This document shows positions 37,771 through 51,979 of a DNA stretch of 64,000 nucleotides, piece by piece. The position numbers were made by a program, and so were the translations under genes. Source of the stretch: Perna viridis (lineage: Eukaryota); contig CM074518.1 of NCBI GenBank assembly GCA_037379345.1, forward strand, positions 9,362,001-9,426,000. Reading direction: 5' to 3'. Every line of letters begins with the position of its first letter. The stretch's first letter is position 1. The notes beneath the pieces are model-generated. The model searched no databases. It had not been told where the DNA came from and saw nothing but the letters and a program-made list of their open reading frames with translations.

Positions 37771-38029
37771 TAAAAACCTTCATTGTGACTTAAATCGCTT
37801 AAAAGAAAAACTTTGTCATAGTTTATAAGATGCGCGATGCGATGGGAAATCATGCCGGGAAAAATAATATACATTGCCGTTAAAAGCTCACTGCAACTTA
37901 TGTTGCGCCAAAACTAGAAATAGGTTTCGGTTTTCGTATACATTAACAGACGAAAACAAGTAGCAATCTAAAAAGACATAAAACATTAACATAGAAAAAA
38001 ACAAGTAGCACGAGGCCTAGGCTATTGCC

Positions 38030-38185
38030 TTGACCCAGTAGCTTTTGTATAAAATGCTGAGCCTTATCGGTAACACAATAATAATATCTAGAGCGTGCAT
38101 GGATTGCTACACAAATCACTATACTGCATTTCTTACTACATAGAAAAGGGAAGTTGACAATGGAAACTGAAAGCATTTGACGCTG
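38030..38185 (-). mobile_element. Old Penelope-like RT thumb fragment
   Basis: Translation SIVNFPFLCS...ARSRYY...KLLGQG aligns to the IVNFPF...ARAC..Y...RLLEQG region of the other copies. Confidence 0.55.
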
Positions 38186-39154
38186 AGTTTAGTTAAAGAT
38201 TTCCTCTCTGGTCAGTCAAGAAAAGAGACGCACTTTATTATTTCTGTACTGTCCCTAATTTCACCTTTCTTCAGATGTCTGTGATCACCTAGTTCATCAT
38301 TTGAATAAATGAAACCGACATTAAATGACTCTGCTGATTGCATTACTTTCGTTGTATAGAATTTACCTGTGTCCGTCATTCCGTAATACATTTTTCCGGA
38401 ATAAAAATCTCAGCTTCTGTAAATCACAGGTTGTTGATATTTTATACAAAGGTAAACATGGTAACACTGTATCGTGGGATGAGTTGACATCTACTTGTAC
38501 TTCCTGATTGCCGAAAATATTTCTTTCTTATACAGTGGTAATAAAAAAAAATCGTCGCATTTTTTTCTCGGCAATTATAGGTTACTGATAAAGTGTACTA
38601 TTCCTATAGGGATGTTGTATCATTTGTGTCATATAAGTTTGACTGAAGGCTAGAAACCACTTATTCCTCTTCCCATAGGCTTCAATACTAATTTCACAAT
38701 ATTCAATGGCTTCTCTGGACTTTGCCTTTAACTTGCAGAGGACTATATATCAGCTTGATTATACTATGTCAGCTCACAATCCTCAGAATGACACTGGGGT
38801 TAGCAGTGCAGTACTGGTCACCGGAAGTAAAAGGTCTATAAATAGAATGGGGAATCCCAGTGTTTTCACAAGATAGAAATCATTATGGAGATAAGGCTTC
38901 ACATCACAAGAAGCAAAATGCACCTATAAAATGTACAGACATGTTTTTCCTTTCAGAAACAGTTTAAATTTATAAAAATAAAATGAGGACTTTTTTCACG
39001 GCACTATGAGGAACAGGGGGTAATTTCTGCGTAGGACTATTTTTCTGTACGTTCCCAATGCCCATTTGTTGAATTGGTGGTCTGTAACCTTAAAATTTAG
39101 AATTTCCGGATTTAACTATCCCTATTTGAATATTATACAATTATTATTTAAGGC

Positions 39155-39345
39155 TTTCCATATTGGCTTAGTTATTGGTCTGAGGCTAGCTTTATTGAAC
39201 TGAGGCGTATCCAAATATTGCTAGCCGAGGACCAATAACTCACCAAATATGGAAAAAACTTACGCAATTATGCCTTTATTGACTGACTAGTCCAATATGT
39301 CATATTGACTATTGGATTTTGACCAGACCAATATGACATATTGGA
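39155..39345. mobile_element. Foldback / double-hairpin element
   Basis: Imperfect IR 39156-39190 vs 39220-39254 and a perfect 17-bp IR TCCAATATGTCATATTG (39291-39307) / CAATATGACATATTGGA (39329-39345). Confidence 0.6.
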
Positions 39346-39664
39346 ATGGTAAAAGCCGTATTGGACGTCTAAATCTAGTATTTTCGCACTTTTGTATTTT
39401 GTATTGTATTAACAGTTTTTATCATATTTAGGCTAATATTCGAACGTTAGTCAACAATATAGCCGTATTGTTGTCACGGTAAATTATAAGGACAAACACT
39501 CTGAGTAACCAATTTGTCCAAGCGATAAGTTCATCTAAACATAACAAATGAAATATAAATCCTTACTTTATTTTATTTATTTTTTTGTTGAAAATGTCTA
39601 GATAGAAATATTTAGTGTAATATTGTTATGAAATATAGGAACATGGAAATCTCATGACCACACT

Positions 39665-39850
39665 ACGTATGCGTTATGCCAGAGCTTGCCGAAACTACGT
39701 GCTAGACTTCTTACAATTCGGCTTCTGGAACAGGATTATGTTGCTAAAAGATTGAAGTCATCACTACAGAAAAGGATCACCATCATCTTGAACTCGTGGA
39801 TTGTGACGATGTATCCATCTGCACCATGAGAACTGATTTGTACACCGTGT
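39665..39850 (+). mobile_element. Penelope-like RT C-terminal fragment
   Basis: CGTTATGCCAGAGCTTG...GGCTTCTGGAACA...AGATTGAAGTCATCACTACAGAA...TCTGCACCATGAGAACTGATTT, matching 12580-12785. Confidence 0.8.
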
Positions 39851-40069
39851 TAACCTACTGTGGATATATTTTGTATGTTACGTTTTTTATAGATACAGTA
39901 TTTTATGCATTTTGAAAAAAAAATATTTATATTCATATATTCTGTTTAAAAATATGACTTGTTACAATCTAATCCAGGCATGGTTTTGTTATTCTTTTTA
40001 AATGTTTACTTTTTCAAAGCAATTAAGTTTTAAACGGGTTTGTAATTATTAAACTTAAATATATATTGG

Positions 40070-40425
40070 GAACTAAGGGGATGTAGATGATGGTGTACTT
40101 GTAGACCAAAATGTTTGAAAGGAGTGAAAAAGTTGCCAAACACTGCATTCTTTTCCCTCTTTTTCCCTTAATGGTCGGACACCTACTGCATGTAAATAGT
40201 TTCCATGGTGGGTAACTAACGTTTACGGTGGATATAGAGGCGTCGGATACGGCCTGGGATATAGAGGCGTCGGATACGGCATATAGAGGCGTCGGATACG
40301 GCCTGGGATATAGAGGCGTCGGATACGGCCTGGGATATGAAACTCTTGGACGAGCTAGAGATGCTCTCTATGACGGTGGTGCATTTTATGGTGGAGGAGG
40401 TGCATTAGTAAAAGGAGGTTGTTAG
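40070..40425 (+). pseudogene. Decayed exon of Cys-module + Gly/Tyr-rich protein (copy 1)
   Basis: GCR*WCTCRPKCLKG..(fs)VAKHCILFPLFP...then ~24-bp YRGVGYGLG repeats ...YDGGAFYGGGGALVKGGC*. Contains an in-frame stop and frameshifts; no first exon found. Confidence 0.7.
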
Positions 40426-40844
40426 AAAGAATCAAAAGTTATTACGCTTCCATTTGTCTTGATAACAAAAATAAATTTCTTAACTCGATCATTTAACAAT
40501 TTACTGCCCTTTTGTTGTATTATTTTTTTTTTATATTTTATGACACAAACTGACTATTTAAAAAAAAAAACACTTAATGATGATATAATGATATTCAATA
40601 AAAATGTTTGTTGTCACATATACAAATAAAAGGTCTTCCATTTATCAACAAAGACTTTCCTATTAAAGGTATATGATCCTTTGACAAAAGGTACACCGTG
40701 CTTCATATTTTATGAAAGAGTATTTTATATTTGAAAAGCACTTTTTTTGGACTTAAATCAGTAAATATCTTTTTCCAGTATATTACCATTTCATCTGATT
40801 TGTTAAGGCACTAATAGATATTTTATATTTATAAAAGTATGCTT

Positions 40845-41106
40845 TATTTACTTTGGATATGTTTGGAACATATTTGCAAAATTTATTGGCCCAAGAAGAT
40901 CTCTAACATTGACTTGCTGAAGAAGACCAACAATCGAAGTATTTGTATTAACTTGATTAACTTGACCAGCCGAGAACAACATGGCGCACAACTGAAAGAT
41001 GGAGGGTTCACACGGGGAGAGGAAAAGAACTTGGCGAAAGACAGACATAAGTGGAGAATAACTATTACAGCCTTATGATTCATCTGAGACGAAGAGAAAT
41101 AAGTGA
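40845..41106 (+). mobile_element. RTE-clade LINE 3' fragment
   Basis: ICKIYWPKKISNIDLL...AKDRHKWR..ITAL* resembles the RTE ORF C-terminus; ends GAAGAGAAATAAGT. Confidence 0.7.
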
Positions 41107-41257
41107 ATAATAATAAAAATACTTGATTTTTTTTTAATACCCGGAAAGCAAGGACATTTAAATGAATTTAGGTAAAATTGTCAGATTTTGCCTGATATGT
41201 TACCGCCGAAAGCGCTAAGAAGAATCAAATTTAACAAGTCGCATACTGCTATATAAA

Positions 41258-41354
41258 ATTTGAATTTAAATATTCAAATGTTATTTATTTGAATTTAAAT
41301 ATTCAAATGTTGTTGATTTGAATTTAAATATTCAAATGTTATTGATTTGAATTT
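41258..41354. repeat. 29-bp tandem repeat (3.3 copies) with internal palindrome
   Basis: ATTTGAAT-TTAAAT-ATTCAAAT at 41258, 41287, 41316, partial at 41345. Confidence 0.9.
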
Positions 41355-42570
41355 CGACATTAAAATCTTTTATATACATGTAACATATATAACATAGACT
41401 TAAAACATTAGGTGGTGATAAATTCTGAATCCGAAGTAAATACTGGAACGTAAAGTTCTTGGATTATCACATTGTATGTTTGTCTGTTTGTCTATTTATC
41501 TGTATGTCTGTATGTATGTATGTTCGTCCATTCGTCTGTCCATATTTCATGTAAGCGCAACTGAAGGTGTTTTAATGAAATTTAATAAAATGTTGGGCAT
41601 AAAATTTAAATGTACATATTTGTAGGACTACATGTAATTTTGATCAACCCCTTCTTTATAAATTTCTTGCTCCAGGCTACGCCCGAAACTACCCGTAAAT
41701 GTAGGGTACCCAGTTCTCAAAAATGGATATAATTTCGAAATAATGAACATACACTGTAGACCTCAGAAAAGTTTACCTACCTTGGCCTTTCGTCTACATA
41801 TACATGTATGACTATCTAAGTACTTTCGATTAAGCAATCGTTTATTAACTGTTTGCTCCCGGTTGCGCCTTAAACTGCTCGTGAATGCCAGTTCCCCTTC
41901 CTAGAAAATGGACAGTAAAAGATGAAGATGGGTTTTGATTCATGCATATTCATATATGTTGTTGATATTCAGTAGGAATATTGTATTGCTCATAAACAAT
42001 GACCTAGCCTGCACCAGGACATTGTTTAACAAATGACGATTAAAATTAGAAAAAAAATCATTTTTATAAACACTTTGTAGCTGTGTAGGAATGCATATAA
42101 CTGTGTTTGAATACATAATTTGGTGTCAAATTCGTAGAGCTTTATAATTATACCTTTTATTTGTTTTTGTTAATTCACTTTTTGTTTTTCTAAGAAGTCA
42201 CCATCGCTCCTTGCCAAAAACGAGTTTCAGAGAATCGCTAAAATGATACTGGTTTACTTCTACATTAGCATTTGGCTGTTTTAATACGTGAATCAAAAGG
42301 TGGGTAGCACATAAATATGGAAGGCCATTAACTCTGTGAAATTCGAACAGACTATGTCTTTAGTCAACAGCGATTTGCATCCAATGGTCTTTGGATGTGA
42401 ATTCATCACCCATGAACCGTGGTCAGATATAATTAAGACTATAGTAAAAACAGATTTTCATAAAATCAAAACTATACGGCGTCAAGTTCGAATCAAAACA
42501 AGGAAGAACAAAAACAAAAATGGCATCATTTCTCTCTTTGTATCGAATCGATATTATATATATATAATAT

Positions 42571-42852
42571 GAATGATGTGAATGACTCGGCCAGCGAAAG
42601 CTATATTTTTATATAGCCTAGCTGACCGAGTGGTCTAGGGCGCTGGACTTAGTGCAGGCGGTGTTGCCATAGATGTCACAGCAGTAAGAGTTCGAGTCTC
42701 CGGGAACGACAAAAATTTGCTTCGCAAAAGTGACAGTTCTAACATCGTTGGGAATTTTTCAGACTCTTCTATAAGTTTACGTTATCTTCCCTGTATCAAT
42801 TTGATCCGGTGGAGCAGTGTAGCGAATAGAGTCGTCACATTCTGAGACGTTG
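42571..42852 (+). mobile_element. tRNA-Leu-like-head element flanked by (TA)n on both sides
   Basis: A box TGACCGAGTGG (42623-42633) followed by TCTAGGGCGCTGGACTTAG, B box GTTCGAGTC (42690-42698). TA tracts at ~42555-42570 and 42853-42872. Homologous to 21827-22269. Confidence 0.75.
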
Positions 42853-44319
42853 TATATATATATATATATATACTCTGCAAGTTATAATAACGACATTAAT
42901 TACATGTCAATTAACCTTATTCGTGATAACGCAAGCTTATTGGTCAGTAGTGTAACTAAAAAAAAAAACACCCATAATCTTCGAATAGAGTTAATTTTAA
43001 CAAAAAAGTTATCATGCGATTTTTTACCACAGACCAAACATTGACAGTCAATTAGCATAGATTCCATATAAATAATAAGAACTCAGCGTCTTTTTAAAAT
43101 AAGCCACTCACCTAGTTTGAATGGTTGACGATAGGAACAAAATAGATCTGGCGAAACGCAACAAATGGACCTTAGTGCACTAACCTAAACCCTGAGTAGA
43201 CAAGTCTTTCCTACGACAAATGTAGACACATATTGTCTCGAAAATATAAGTACTAAAATCAACGCCATAAACAGAACGATGACAAATCTTCAAATCAAAC
43301 CTATTGTAATATACAACATATCATGACTGTCGACAGATGCCTATAAACTTGTTTAATAAGGCCTTTACCATTCCCTTTTGTATGAACTGAAACAACAAAC
43401 AAATACACTATACAAATTATACAATTTACTAAATTACAGATAAAATATTAAACAACAATAATAATAAAATCATATAAATCACGATTTATGCCCGCCTTCT
43501 TGGACAGATTGTAACTCTAGCTCTAGGGCTTAAACCACAAAAATACACAAAATGTTACCGAAATATTTTCTTTGTTATCATGTAAATGCATTTTTAATAA
43601 TGTGAACTTTAAGTTGGGTTTACTAATATAGCAGTTTATTCATTGCTTGTTTGACTGTACCACGATAGGATTTCCTCTTTTTTTTTATTTTACTGGTATT
43701 CTAGGTTTTCGAGTATCCAAAGCGTTTGTTTGTACTACATATACATGTAACCTTTTGTATTATCAAAATTATGTAAACCTACAAGTCCATTAGCAAGAAG
43801 ACTAATATTGAGCAAGGGAAACCTGAATATTTGATTTGTACTAGGTATCAGAGACAAAACGATGCTCCATCTGGTAGCAAAATGCTTAAGAAATAAGGGA
43901 TTGTATTGACGATTGATATAAATTGAGTATGTATCTAATTAGAAATTGATCAGTGGTAAGATGTGGATAGGTCTTAAATTTATTTATATAAACAACCATT
44001 TTCATCTGAATTCGCCCCATATATTCAGGAGTTAGCTGCAGGTGTATAATCATTGTTCTAAAAATCTACAAATTTTACATTTTTTATAATGTTGGTCATT
44101 TGCATTTTAATATGACAGAACTTGATGACGTATTGCTATCGGAGGTGAACGTAGAAAATCCTAGTAGTAATAAAACCACATTCTCTGAAGAATAGCTAGT
44201 GGACAACCATAGATCTGTTTTATCCTCATTTAGTCTCCACTAAAATCAATGATTGTAATCTACCATCCATATACTGGATTTTATAATCTCAACAAGAATC
44301 CATACAAACAATGTTTCAT

Positions 44320-45524
44320 AGCAAAATATACTGACAAGCTTGTTTCGAAACTTCTAACCTAACAGCTGTCAAAGAAGGTCTTCATACCACAAAACCTTTT
44401 ACCGCCGTAGTGATATCAATTCAATGTGTATCCTGAAAATTTCCAAAGATCCTCTGGAAACCCCTAATGCTTGATTGTCATCATAATATAATAGCACCAA
44501 TATCTTTGATTTTTCAAACATTTATACTCATTTAAATTCCGATTAAAAACATTATGCATCGTTGTTACTCAAAAAAGAACGATAAACTTAAGTACATATA
44601 TGCAGTACTTGGAAAGGATTCCACAAATCATCTTCCAAGTAAACCGAAGGTGTTGCCAAAATTCTGGATTTTTTTTTATCGACACAAAACTTGTATAGTG
44701 GACGCGATTTTCAACAGACGGTCGGCATTCCGGATGGGAACAAATTGTTCTCCGCCTTTTGCTGACCTTACCTTCAATCTGATCTTATACAAAAGGAGGA
44801 ACATAGGTAAGCTAAGTTGTTGTATCTCAATTTCTGCAATATAAATGGCGTATTGTCTTTACTTAATGCTAGTTTTGGGGATACAATACAATTCTTCAAA
44901 GAGCTTGATATTAAGGACAGACACTATGTAGTCACCATAATGTCAGCCTCATGACCTACACTTAGGGATCAATGAAATAGGAAAACCAACGACTAAACAA
45001 TGCGTCAAAAACAGTGACTTCTCATTCCGTATGGTCAATTTTCCTTCAATCTGTGCCAAAAACCATCCAGCAATTGCGTGTAGAGTTTCGTATCACAACT
45101 CATACATTATGCTAAAGTTTGCCAAAACTACGGGAAAGTTTTGAACCGTGCTAGGCTTCTACAAATAGTTTTCTTTACAAGATTGTTGCTACAATGTTAA
45201 AGTCATCAAACAGAAGTCGTGGATAAATATATTTATTTGCACCATAAGAACTGATTTGTTAACCATGTAATAGTTTTTATCTAACGTCTAATCTTAAAAC
45301 TCAGCTCGTGTTTCTAGAAAAGCAGAGGACGCATACTTACCGTTGCACCTTATCCTTGCTTCTATTTGTTAAGGATTACGGGTTGCTCTTTCAATTTTTT
45401 TTCTTTTTACGTGTTATTTTTGTTGTTTCATGTTCAAAGTGTGTGTCGGTTTTCCTTGTCATGTATTCATCCTTGGAATAGATTCTTTTGATTGCTGCTC
45501 GAGTCTTTGTTCTCTTGATTACTC
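44320..45524 (+). mobile_element. Penelope-like (Naiad-type) element, decayed RT + 3' UTR
   Basis: ILKISKD, FDFSN.YT (RT motif A), GIxMGTNCSPPFADL, MVNFP, SQLIHYAK, and 3' terminus GATTACTCT. Confidence 0.75.
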
Positions 45525-46319
45525 TAACAGAAACTTTGTTTAAAATTACATATGAGTTATGCTGATCACTCGTGATAGAATTAAACATTTGTCTAAATAA
45601 CCAGCAATTGAGATTCATTTATAGACAAAATCCATCAGCCATTGAAGAAAATATCTATAGTATCAAACGAACAATATACATATGAAGATAATAAAGGGAA
45701 AACCCATCCCCAGTCATAACAATAGTTGTGGAATCAGTCTGTTATTCAATAATTTGACCTTGACAATGAGATTGATACATTCAATATCAATGAACAACAT
45801 TATAACGACTCATGCTAAATGTACATTTTTAAAGCAAACTCTGAAGAAGTATAGTTACGAAAATACACATCTTGTGTATTTCGCTATAGTATAGATAAAC
45901 AAAATCATAAACCCCCAACAGATCTACTGGCTGTCAAATAATCATAGACGGTCACGTGGGAGGTTATACTTATCAAATAGCATATTGCATTGAAACCACG
46001 AGTAGTTTTCAAGGACAACCATTTTTTTACAATAACAGTATTCCTATTTTTGTCGTAATACAGTACTTCAAATATTCCTAAGCACTTTTAACACAAGGCA
46101 TATTACCAGTACATCTAATGGACATATTTTGACATTCTTATATTTAAAATATATAGGTCATCGAACTCTCTTTTTTTTTGGTAATATTTAAGAAAAAATT
46201 GAAATTCCTATTACTTTCTGTAGAATATTTTCCCACCTTTAAAGAAGCTTATTAAAAAAACTTTGTAATCTAACCATAAAGATATTTTGTTACAAAATGT
46301 CAAGCGAAATTTGCTCATT

Positions 46320-46620
46320 AAAAATACTTACTTTAGTATGTTATTTTTTAAATGTCAAATAAGAATTTTTTGTATAATAAGTATGATCGATCGCAAATCA
46401 TACTTCCACTTATTTTAGTCGGAATCGATAACACCTCACTGGACTCTGCATACTACATTTGAATATTCATTTTCCTCTGTTTAACGATTTGCCTTTGACA
46501 AATGCAAAAATACCACTAAAAACAAAAAAAAAATCGGTATGCTGTACACCGTGTTACAAAGAGTATATTCTCATCAGCAGGATTTGAAAAAAATACATAC
46601 ACTTGTGTAGGAAGATTTCA
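46320..46620 (+). repeat. Non-coding segment duplicated at ~51680-51982
   Basis: Shared ordered blocks AAAATACTTACTT, CCACTTATTTTAGT, TTTGACAAAT, TCGGTATGCTGTAC..GTGTTACAA, TTCTCATCAGCAG, AGGAAGATTT. Confidence 0.75.
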
Positions 46621-47409
46621 AATCTAAAATTAATTGTACAAATATTACAGTAATCTTGCTTTTTATTACGATTTTTAAGCTTTGGATAACAAACATACAG
46701 TACAAAAGCAGATGATTGAGTGCATTAATCAAGGATATTTACCAAAACAAACTTAATATGTACAAGACTGAATTGTGATTGATACAATTTTTAAAAAAAT
46801 AAACCGATAACTTACCATTTTTTACTTAGATTATATATTTGAAATGCATTATTATCAAAACAAACTAAATTGTTTTTCCATGTGTGTTGATCTTACCTTG
46901 TTGTTTTAAAATTTGTATGACTATATCCTTTTCAACTAATTCAGATGTTTAATCAATGAAATAAATATAATAAATGAAATTAAAACAAAATAAATAAATA
47001 AATAAAATGTAACAAAAATAAACAACCTTCAGAAAGTAATCAACAAATTTAAAGCCAAGTCAAAGAAATAAATCATCAAATCAGAAAAAGAATTATCTTC
47101 CATTAGGACAATAAAATCAAGTTAAAATACAAAATGAATCACATTTACACAAATGTCAAATATCAATACATACACCAATCTACCGGCATATTGTTAATGT
47201 TTATGCTATACTAAACTAAGTAATAAACCATTAATAACCACAGACAATAGCATAATTAAAAAAAGCATAATTTCAAAAAGCAATATAGATAAATTCCTCT
47301 TCAAAGTTTGTATAAAGAAAACATATGCACATTATAAGCATCACTGGTAAAAAAGTCGAACATTATTCCACTATGTAGATCCATCTTTTAACTCTGTAGT
47401 CGGCACCAG

Positions 47410-47842
47410 TGTAACGGGCCTGGATTTTAGAGTTGATAATAAAACCAACTTTATTCACACTGATATAAATGTCGACTATACAGCCATGAAATAACTAATT
47501 AATATAATATTTGTATATATATATATAAGAACTCATGAATATGTTTCAAAGAGGAACATTCCGCAAGGTGTTCTTTGAAACAAATTTACTTACTTTGTCT
47601 TACAATTAACCTACATCGGCTTAACATTAAATTAACGATTCAGATACCGAAAACGTATCTAATTATACTAACAGTAATGACAAAAGAGTATAACTCAAAA
47701 TCATCTTGCATAAGTAACAATATGCATGCCACTATACTTACATATGATCTTTGAATAAAGGAAGATAATCACAAATAAAAACTAGCTCTCACTTACCACT
47801 TCCGGGTCAAATGGAAATCCCCTATATAGTACTAATATCACA
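47410..47842 (-). mobile_element. Possible solo LTR
   Basis: TG...CA ends (TGTGAT...GTTACA on -), TATA-like TATATAG near the start and AATAAA ~40 nt before the end; no target-site duplication seen. Confidence 0.3.
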
Positions 47843-49149
47843 CTGAACTTAGATCTATGCATTGTTATGGTATTATTTGTGTGTGTTCAAATCAAAAGGT
47901 TCTAAAAAGCTGAGAATGTGTGCTTCAAAATCATATTTGTGATTTACTACAAAGGTGTATGAATATTGTTTGCATGTGTGAGTAAATTGCATGCATGCTG
48001 TCAGTTAGCAGTAAAGGTAAAAATCTGGATTATCGATATTACTTTATTCAAGTAAATTTTGTGAATAATTTCTACGATCATCGCACCATTAGCATATTGC
48101 TTTTGAAAGCCTGACTACCAAGCTTCGCAATGGTACGCAACATTAAGATGTCTTTTGTCCTGGGAATTTACGGTGAAACATTGAATATTACTTTTTTAGC
48201 ATGTAAAGTAATGGGAACGTTAGAAGTGGTAAGTGAGACCCTATGAACAATAACTATTAAATGTTAATCACAGTTACTCAATTTAATTTTAAAAAAAATC
48301 AATACAATGAACTCACCAATTTGTGGATTTAAACCCATTTAAATACGCTATAAACATTACAACAGATACATTGTTCTCAATAACTAGCAGTACCATCCAG
48401 ACGTTATGGAAAAATTCCAGCCCTTCAACTGCCTTGAACAATATGCTATACGTCCTTGCAAATATTGCTTGCGGAACAAAAGTATCAACTAAACAAAAGG
48501 ACTTTCAAACATAGAATATTCAAAAACAATGATCAGCCATCATTACTAAATTTACATCTACATTTATTACCTGACTAGAATAAAAAAGTAGAACACCTAT
48601 ACCATGTTACTCTTGATACTCATGTAAATATGTCGTCTGCAAATAGATTAGAGTAGAACGTGTAGGTTTAAATTTAATGAAAAAAACGTAAAATATAATA
48701 GAACAAGCCCATAACCAGAGCATTTAGTCAAATGGGAAAAAATCAACTCTAACATATCTAATCTTTCTTTTGATTTTTGCTTATATCTTAATTCTCTTGA
48801 TTACTCATTTAAATGCATACGAGAACCCATAATATTATACACCCACTGAGAACATAATTAATTGTGTGCATTTATGTTACTCAATAAATTATGCATTTTA
48901 AGAGAAAAAAATATTCAAATACCCATGGCAAATATTTTGTTAGATGACATTGTGATTATATATAACATTTGTTTATTTTATTTATAATGGATTTTCATTT
49001 TTACTAAATCAATAATCATTTTGATAAATAGTATGTTTTGTTACAATCTGTTCTTGTTAATCTTTTTTTTTTTTATAGTAATTTTAGCACAGATAAAAAA
49101 AAACAAAAAAAAAACCGGATTTGCATTTACTAAACTTAAATACCTATTT

Positions 49150-49265
49150 TTGGAACTAAGTGGATTGCGGAGATGGTATACGTGCAGACCAAAATGCTCG
49201 AAGGAGAGAAGAAAAGGTTTCCAACACTGCCTTCTTTACCCTTTTTCCAACGCAGTCGGCATAGT
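49150..49265 (+). pseudogene. Decayed exon of the Cys-module protein family (copy 2)
   Basis: ELSGLRRWYTCRPKCSKE...QHCLLYPF...VG, homologous to 40070-40190. Flanks (48880-49150, 49530-49900) also align with the flanks of copy 1. Confidence 0.65.
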
Positions 49266-51979
49266 TTCGCTTTTTACTCTTTGACCTTTAAGACGCTCGT
49301 ACATGGAAACGCAAGTCATCTAATTACAATTCTGTTTCCCGATAGTTCAAATACTGATGACTTAGTGGCATTCGAAAAACAAAACTGTATCGAAAATTGA
49401 AATTCCTTGCCATGTATTATTTCCTGAATGAAATGTAGAAAATTATAAGTAAAAAGAAAAAAAATTACTGCATCGACTTATTTTTAAGAAAATACTTTCT
49501 ACTGGCTACCTGCTGTAAATGGTTGAGAAGGACGTAATTAGAAATAATTAAAATCATATAACGCTTCCATTGATTTAAGAAAAAAACCGTGTGTGAAAAA
49601 TTAAAGTTTTTTAACATTGTATTATGTGGTTTCAAGCAAAAAGTCGTTAACTTGGTATTGCTCTTAAATGAGAATGATATTAATGCCTTGTATCAAGATT
49701 AAAATATGTAAAAATAATGCACTTTTTAACTCGATCAGTTAACTATTTACTGCCCTAAGTACATTGCATGATACAAACTTACAATTTGACATCATCAATA
49801 AGAGTAAAAAAAAAACTTAAATATGACCAAATGATATTCAGTTAAATAGTGAGTTGTCATATACAAATGTAAGGTTTACACTTACGATAAAGGCTTTTCT
49901 TTAGATTAAAAGCACTCAAGTGGTAACTTAAAACACGCGACAGAGAACCATAGGATCACTTAGAGTTTATAAGACCCATAATACAGCATTACAAAAATGT
50001 AATATGAGCATGCAGGGACATACGACATTCGCTATAAGACGCTTATAACTAAATGGAAATTCTAATAGTTGCAGTGATCTACAGAGAGTGAAGCGGGATG
50101 GGTTTTGGATAAAATAACGTGCTTTACATCAACGGGGATAAAATAAAAAAAAAACATTAAGTTCTTCCTTAAGTGTTTGTAAACATTTTTAGCCTTATAG
50201 ATCAGCACAAAAATGTTTGTCACTATAACACAATTTTCAAAATCTTTGTTTAATGTCAATACAATTTTAGTAGGTCACAGGCATTCATCTGATTAGGTAG
50301 TGAGTCGTGTTCACAGACCATTTCCTTTCCTACACATTCAATTTCTTTAAGGTACTCAAGAATTTCATTAGTTCATCGAAAATTTTGCTCATCATACGTT
50401 TTATTATAGTGTATTAACATCTTTATCGACATTGAGTGCAATCCTTCAGACTTAAATGTTTTTTAGGGGGGGTTAAATATAGAATTTAATTTGATAAGAT
50501 ACGAAATATGCAAAAGAGGTTCTGTGGGGTAAGGATTGTTCAATGCGGATTGTTTTTTTTTTATTATTATTATTATGGGGAATGGGAGTAGTATATGGTG
50601 TAAATGAGAAGTTTATACCATTCTAGAGCTGTACGCATGTAAATGAATTAATGCATGATAATGGAAGCTTATTCTACAGTAGTGTAATGTTCAATCTCCT
50701 TACTGTGGACAGATGTATAACATCATTAGTTTATTACGGCCATAACCATAGCTTTAGTTGCAAGGTGAAAAATAAATCGTTACGAATAAATCTTATAATC
50801 TTAAATTTTTCTATTTGTATTTTGAAGTAGGACAATGTTAGTCATTGGCATTTAGAATAAAGTATGAGATAAACAAAATATGGTAAAACTTATTCAATTA
50901 CATCGTCATTTTTATACTGGAGCCGTTCGACAATATACAATACAATATTCAGGTCGACTCTTAGTTAACAGGACATTTGACGCACAAGATGACACTCTGT
51001 CCGAAGTTTATCTATAGTCGCACCTAAAATTATATGAAAAACAAGAACAAAAACAAGGAAAATAAAACAAAAGGAAAAACAATTAAGAACTAAACAAAAA
51101 CATACAGCATACAACAAAAAACAAACAGAAAAACAATTAAAACATGAAATATTATAGCATATCATTTGTATTACTTTTAGTCCGGACGTCAGAATTAAAG
51201 TACAGTGTAGTAAAATTGTATACCAGATAAAACTGATATCATGTAAATCATACTTAATTATTTGTGTATATAGCTTTTATTCCAAAGTGTTCTCCAAAAT
51301 TACTGCAGACGAACATACTTTTAATATTAAAGTTTTTGAATTTGATTTCGAGTATTTTAACTGCAATATGAGCAACTATTACAACATGTTCGATAAATGC
51401 ACGTAATTTTCACTATTTCGAAAAAAAGTGAAACGAACTGGTGTATAAAATGTATTACTGTTTTAACATTGGTTTATATTCTAAAAAAAATAAGGGGTCA
51501 TCAAACTTTATTACTTGAAAGAATAAAAGAGTAAATTCCTTTTACTTTCTACTCTTTCCACCTTAAAAAAACTTTATGGCTGTTTATGTTTGAAATTTTA
51601 TCGTACAAAGTTTTATGTAAAAAAAAATAAAATTGCATTTAAAATTTTATTGCCATAATTTCAAAGACAATTTACTCATTGAAAATACTTACTTCTGTAT
51701 GTTTTTTTTTAATTTCAGATGAGAAGGTTCCGTATTATAAGTGTGATCTACCTTAAAGCAACCTCCCACTTATTTTAGTGGCCATTGTTTACTGAACAAT
51801 GCAGTCTGTATACGCTAGACTCATACTTCAGTGAACTATTCTACATTAAATATTTATCTTTTGACAAATCAAAAAAAAAACAAATAAATAAATAAAATAC
51901 CAAAAAGGTCGGTATGCTGTACTCGTGTTACAAGGAGTTATTTCTCATCAGCAGAATTAAAACCAAATATAAAGGAAGA

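Noticed and set aside
38820-38920. TATA-like TATAAATAG as promoter of Gly-rich copy 1
   Set aside because: No signal-peptide exon or splice donor homologous to 57972-57855 follows it.
42616-42705. tRNA-Leu gene
   Set aside because: A/B boxes are present but acceptor and anticodon stems do not pair, and it is embedded in a repeated element.
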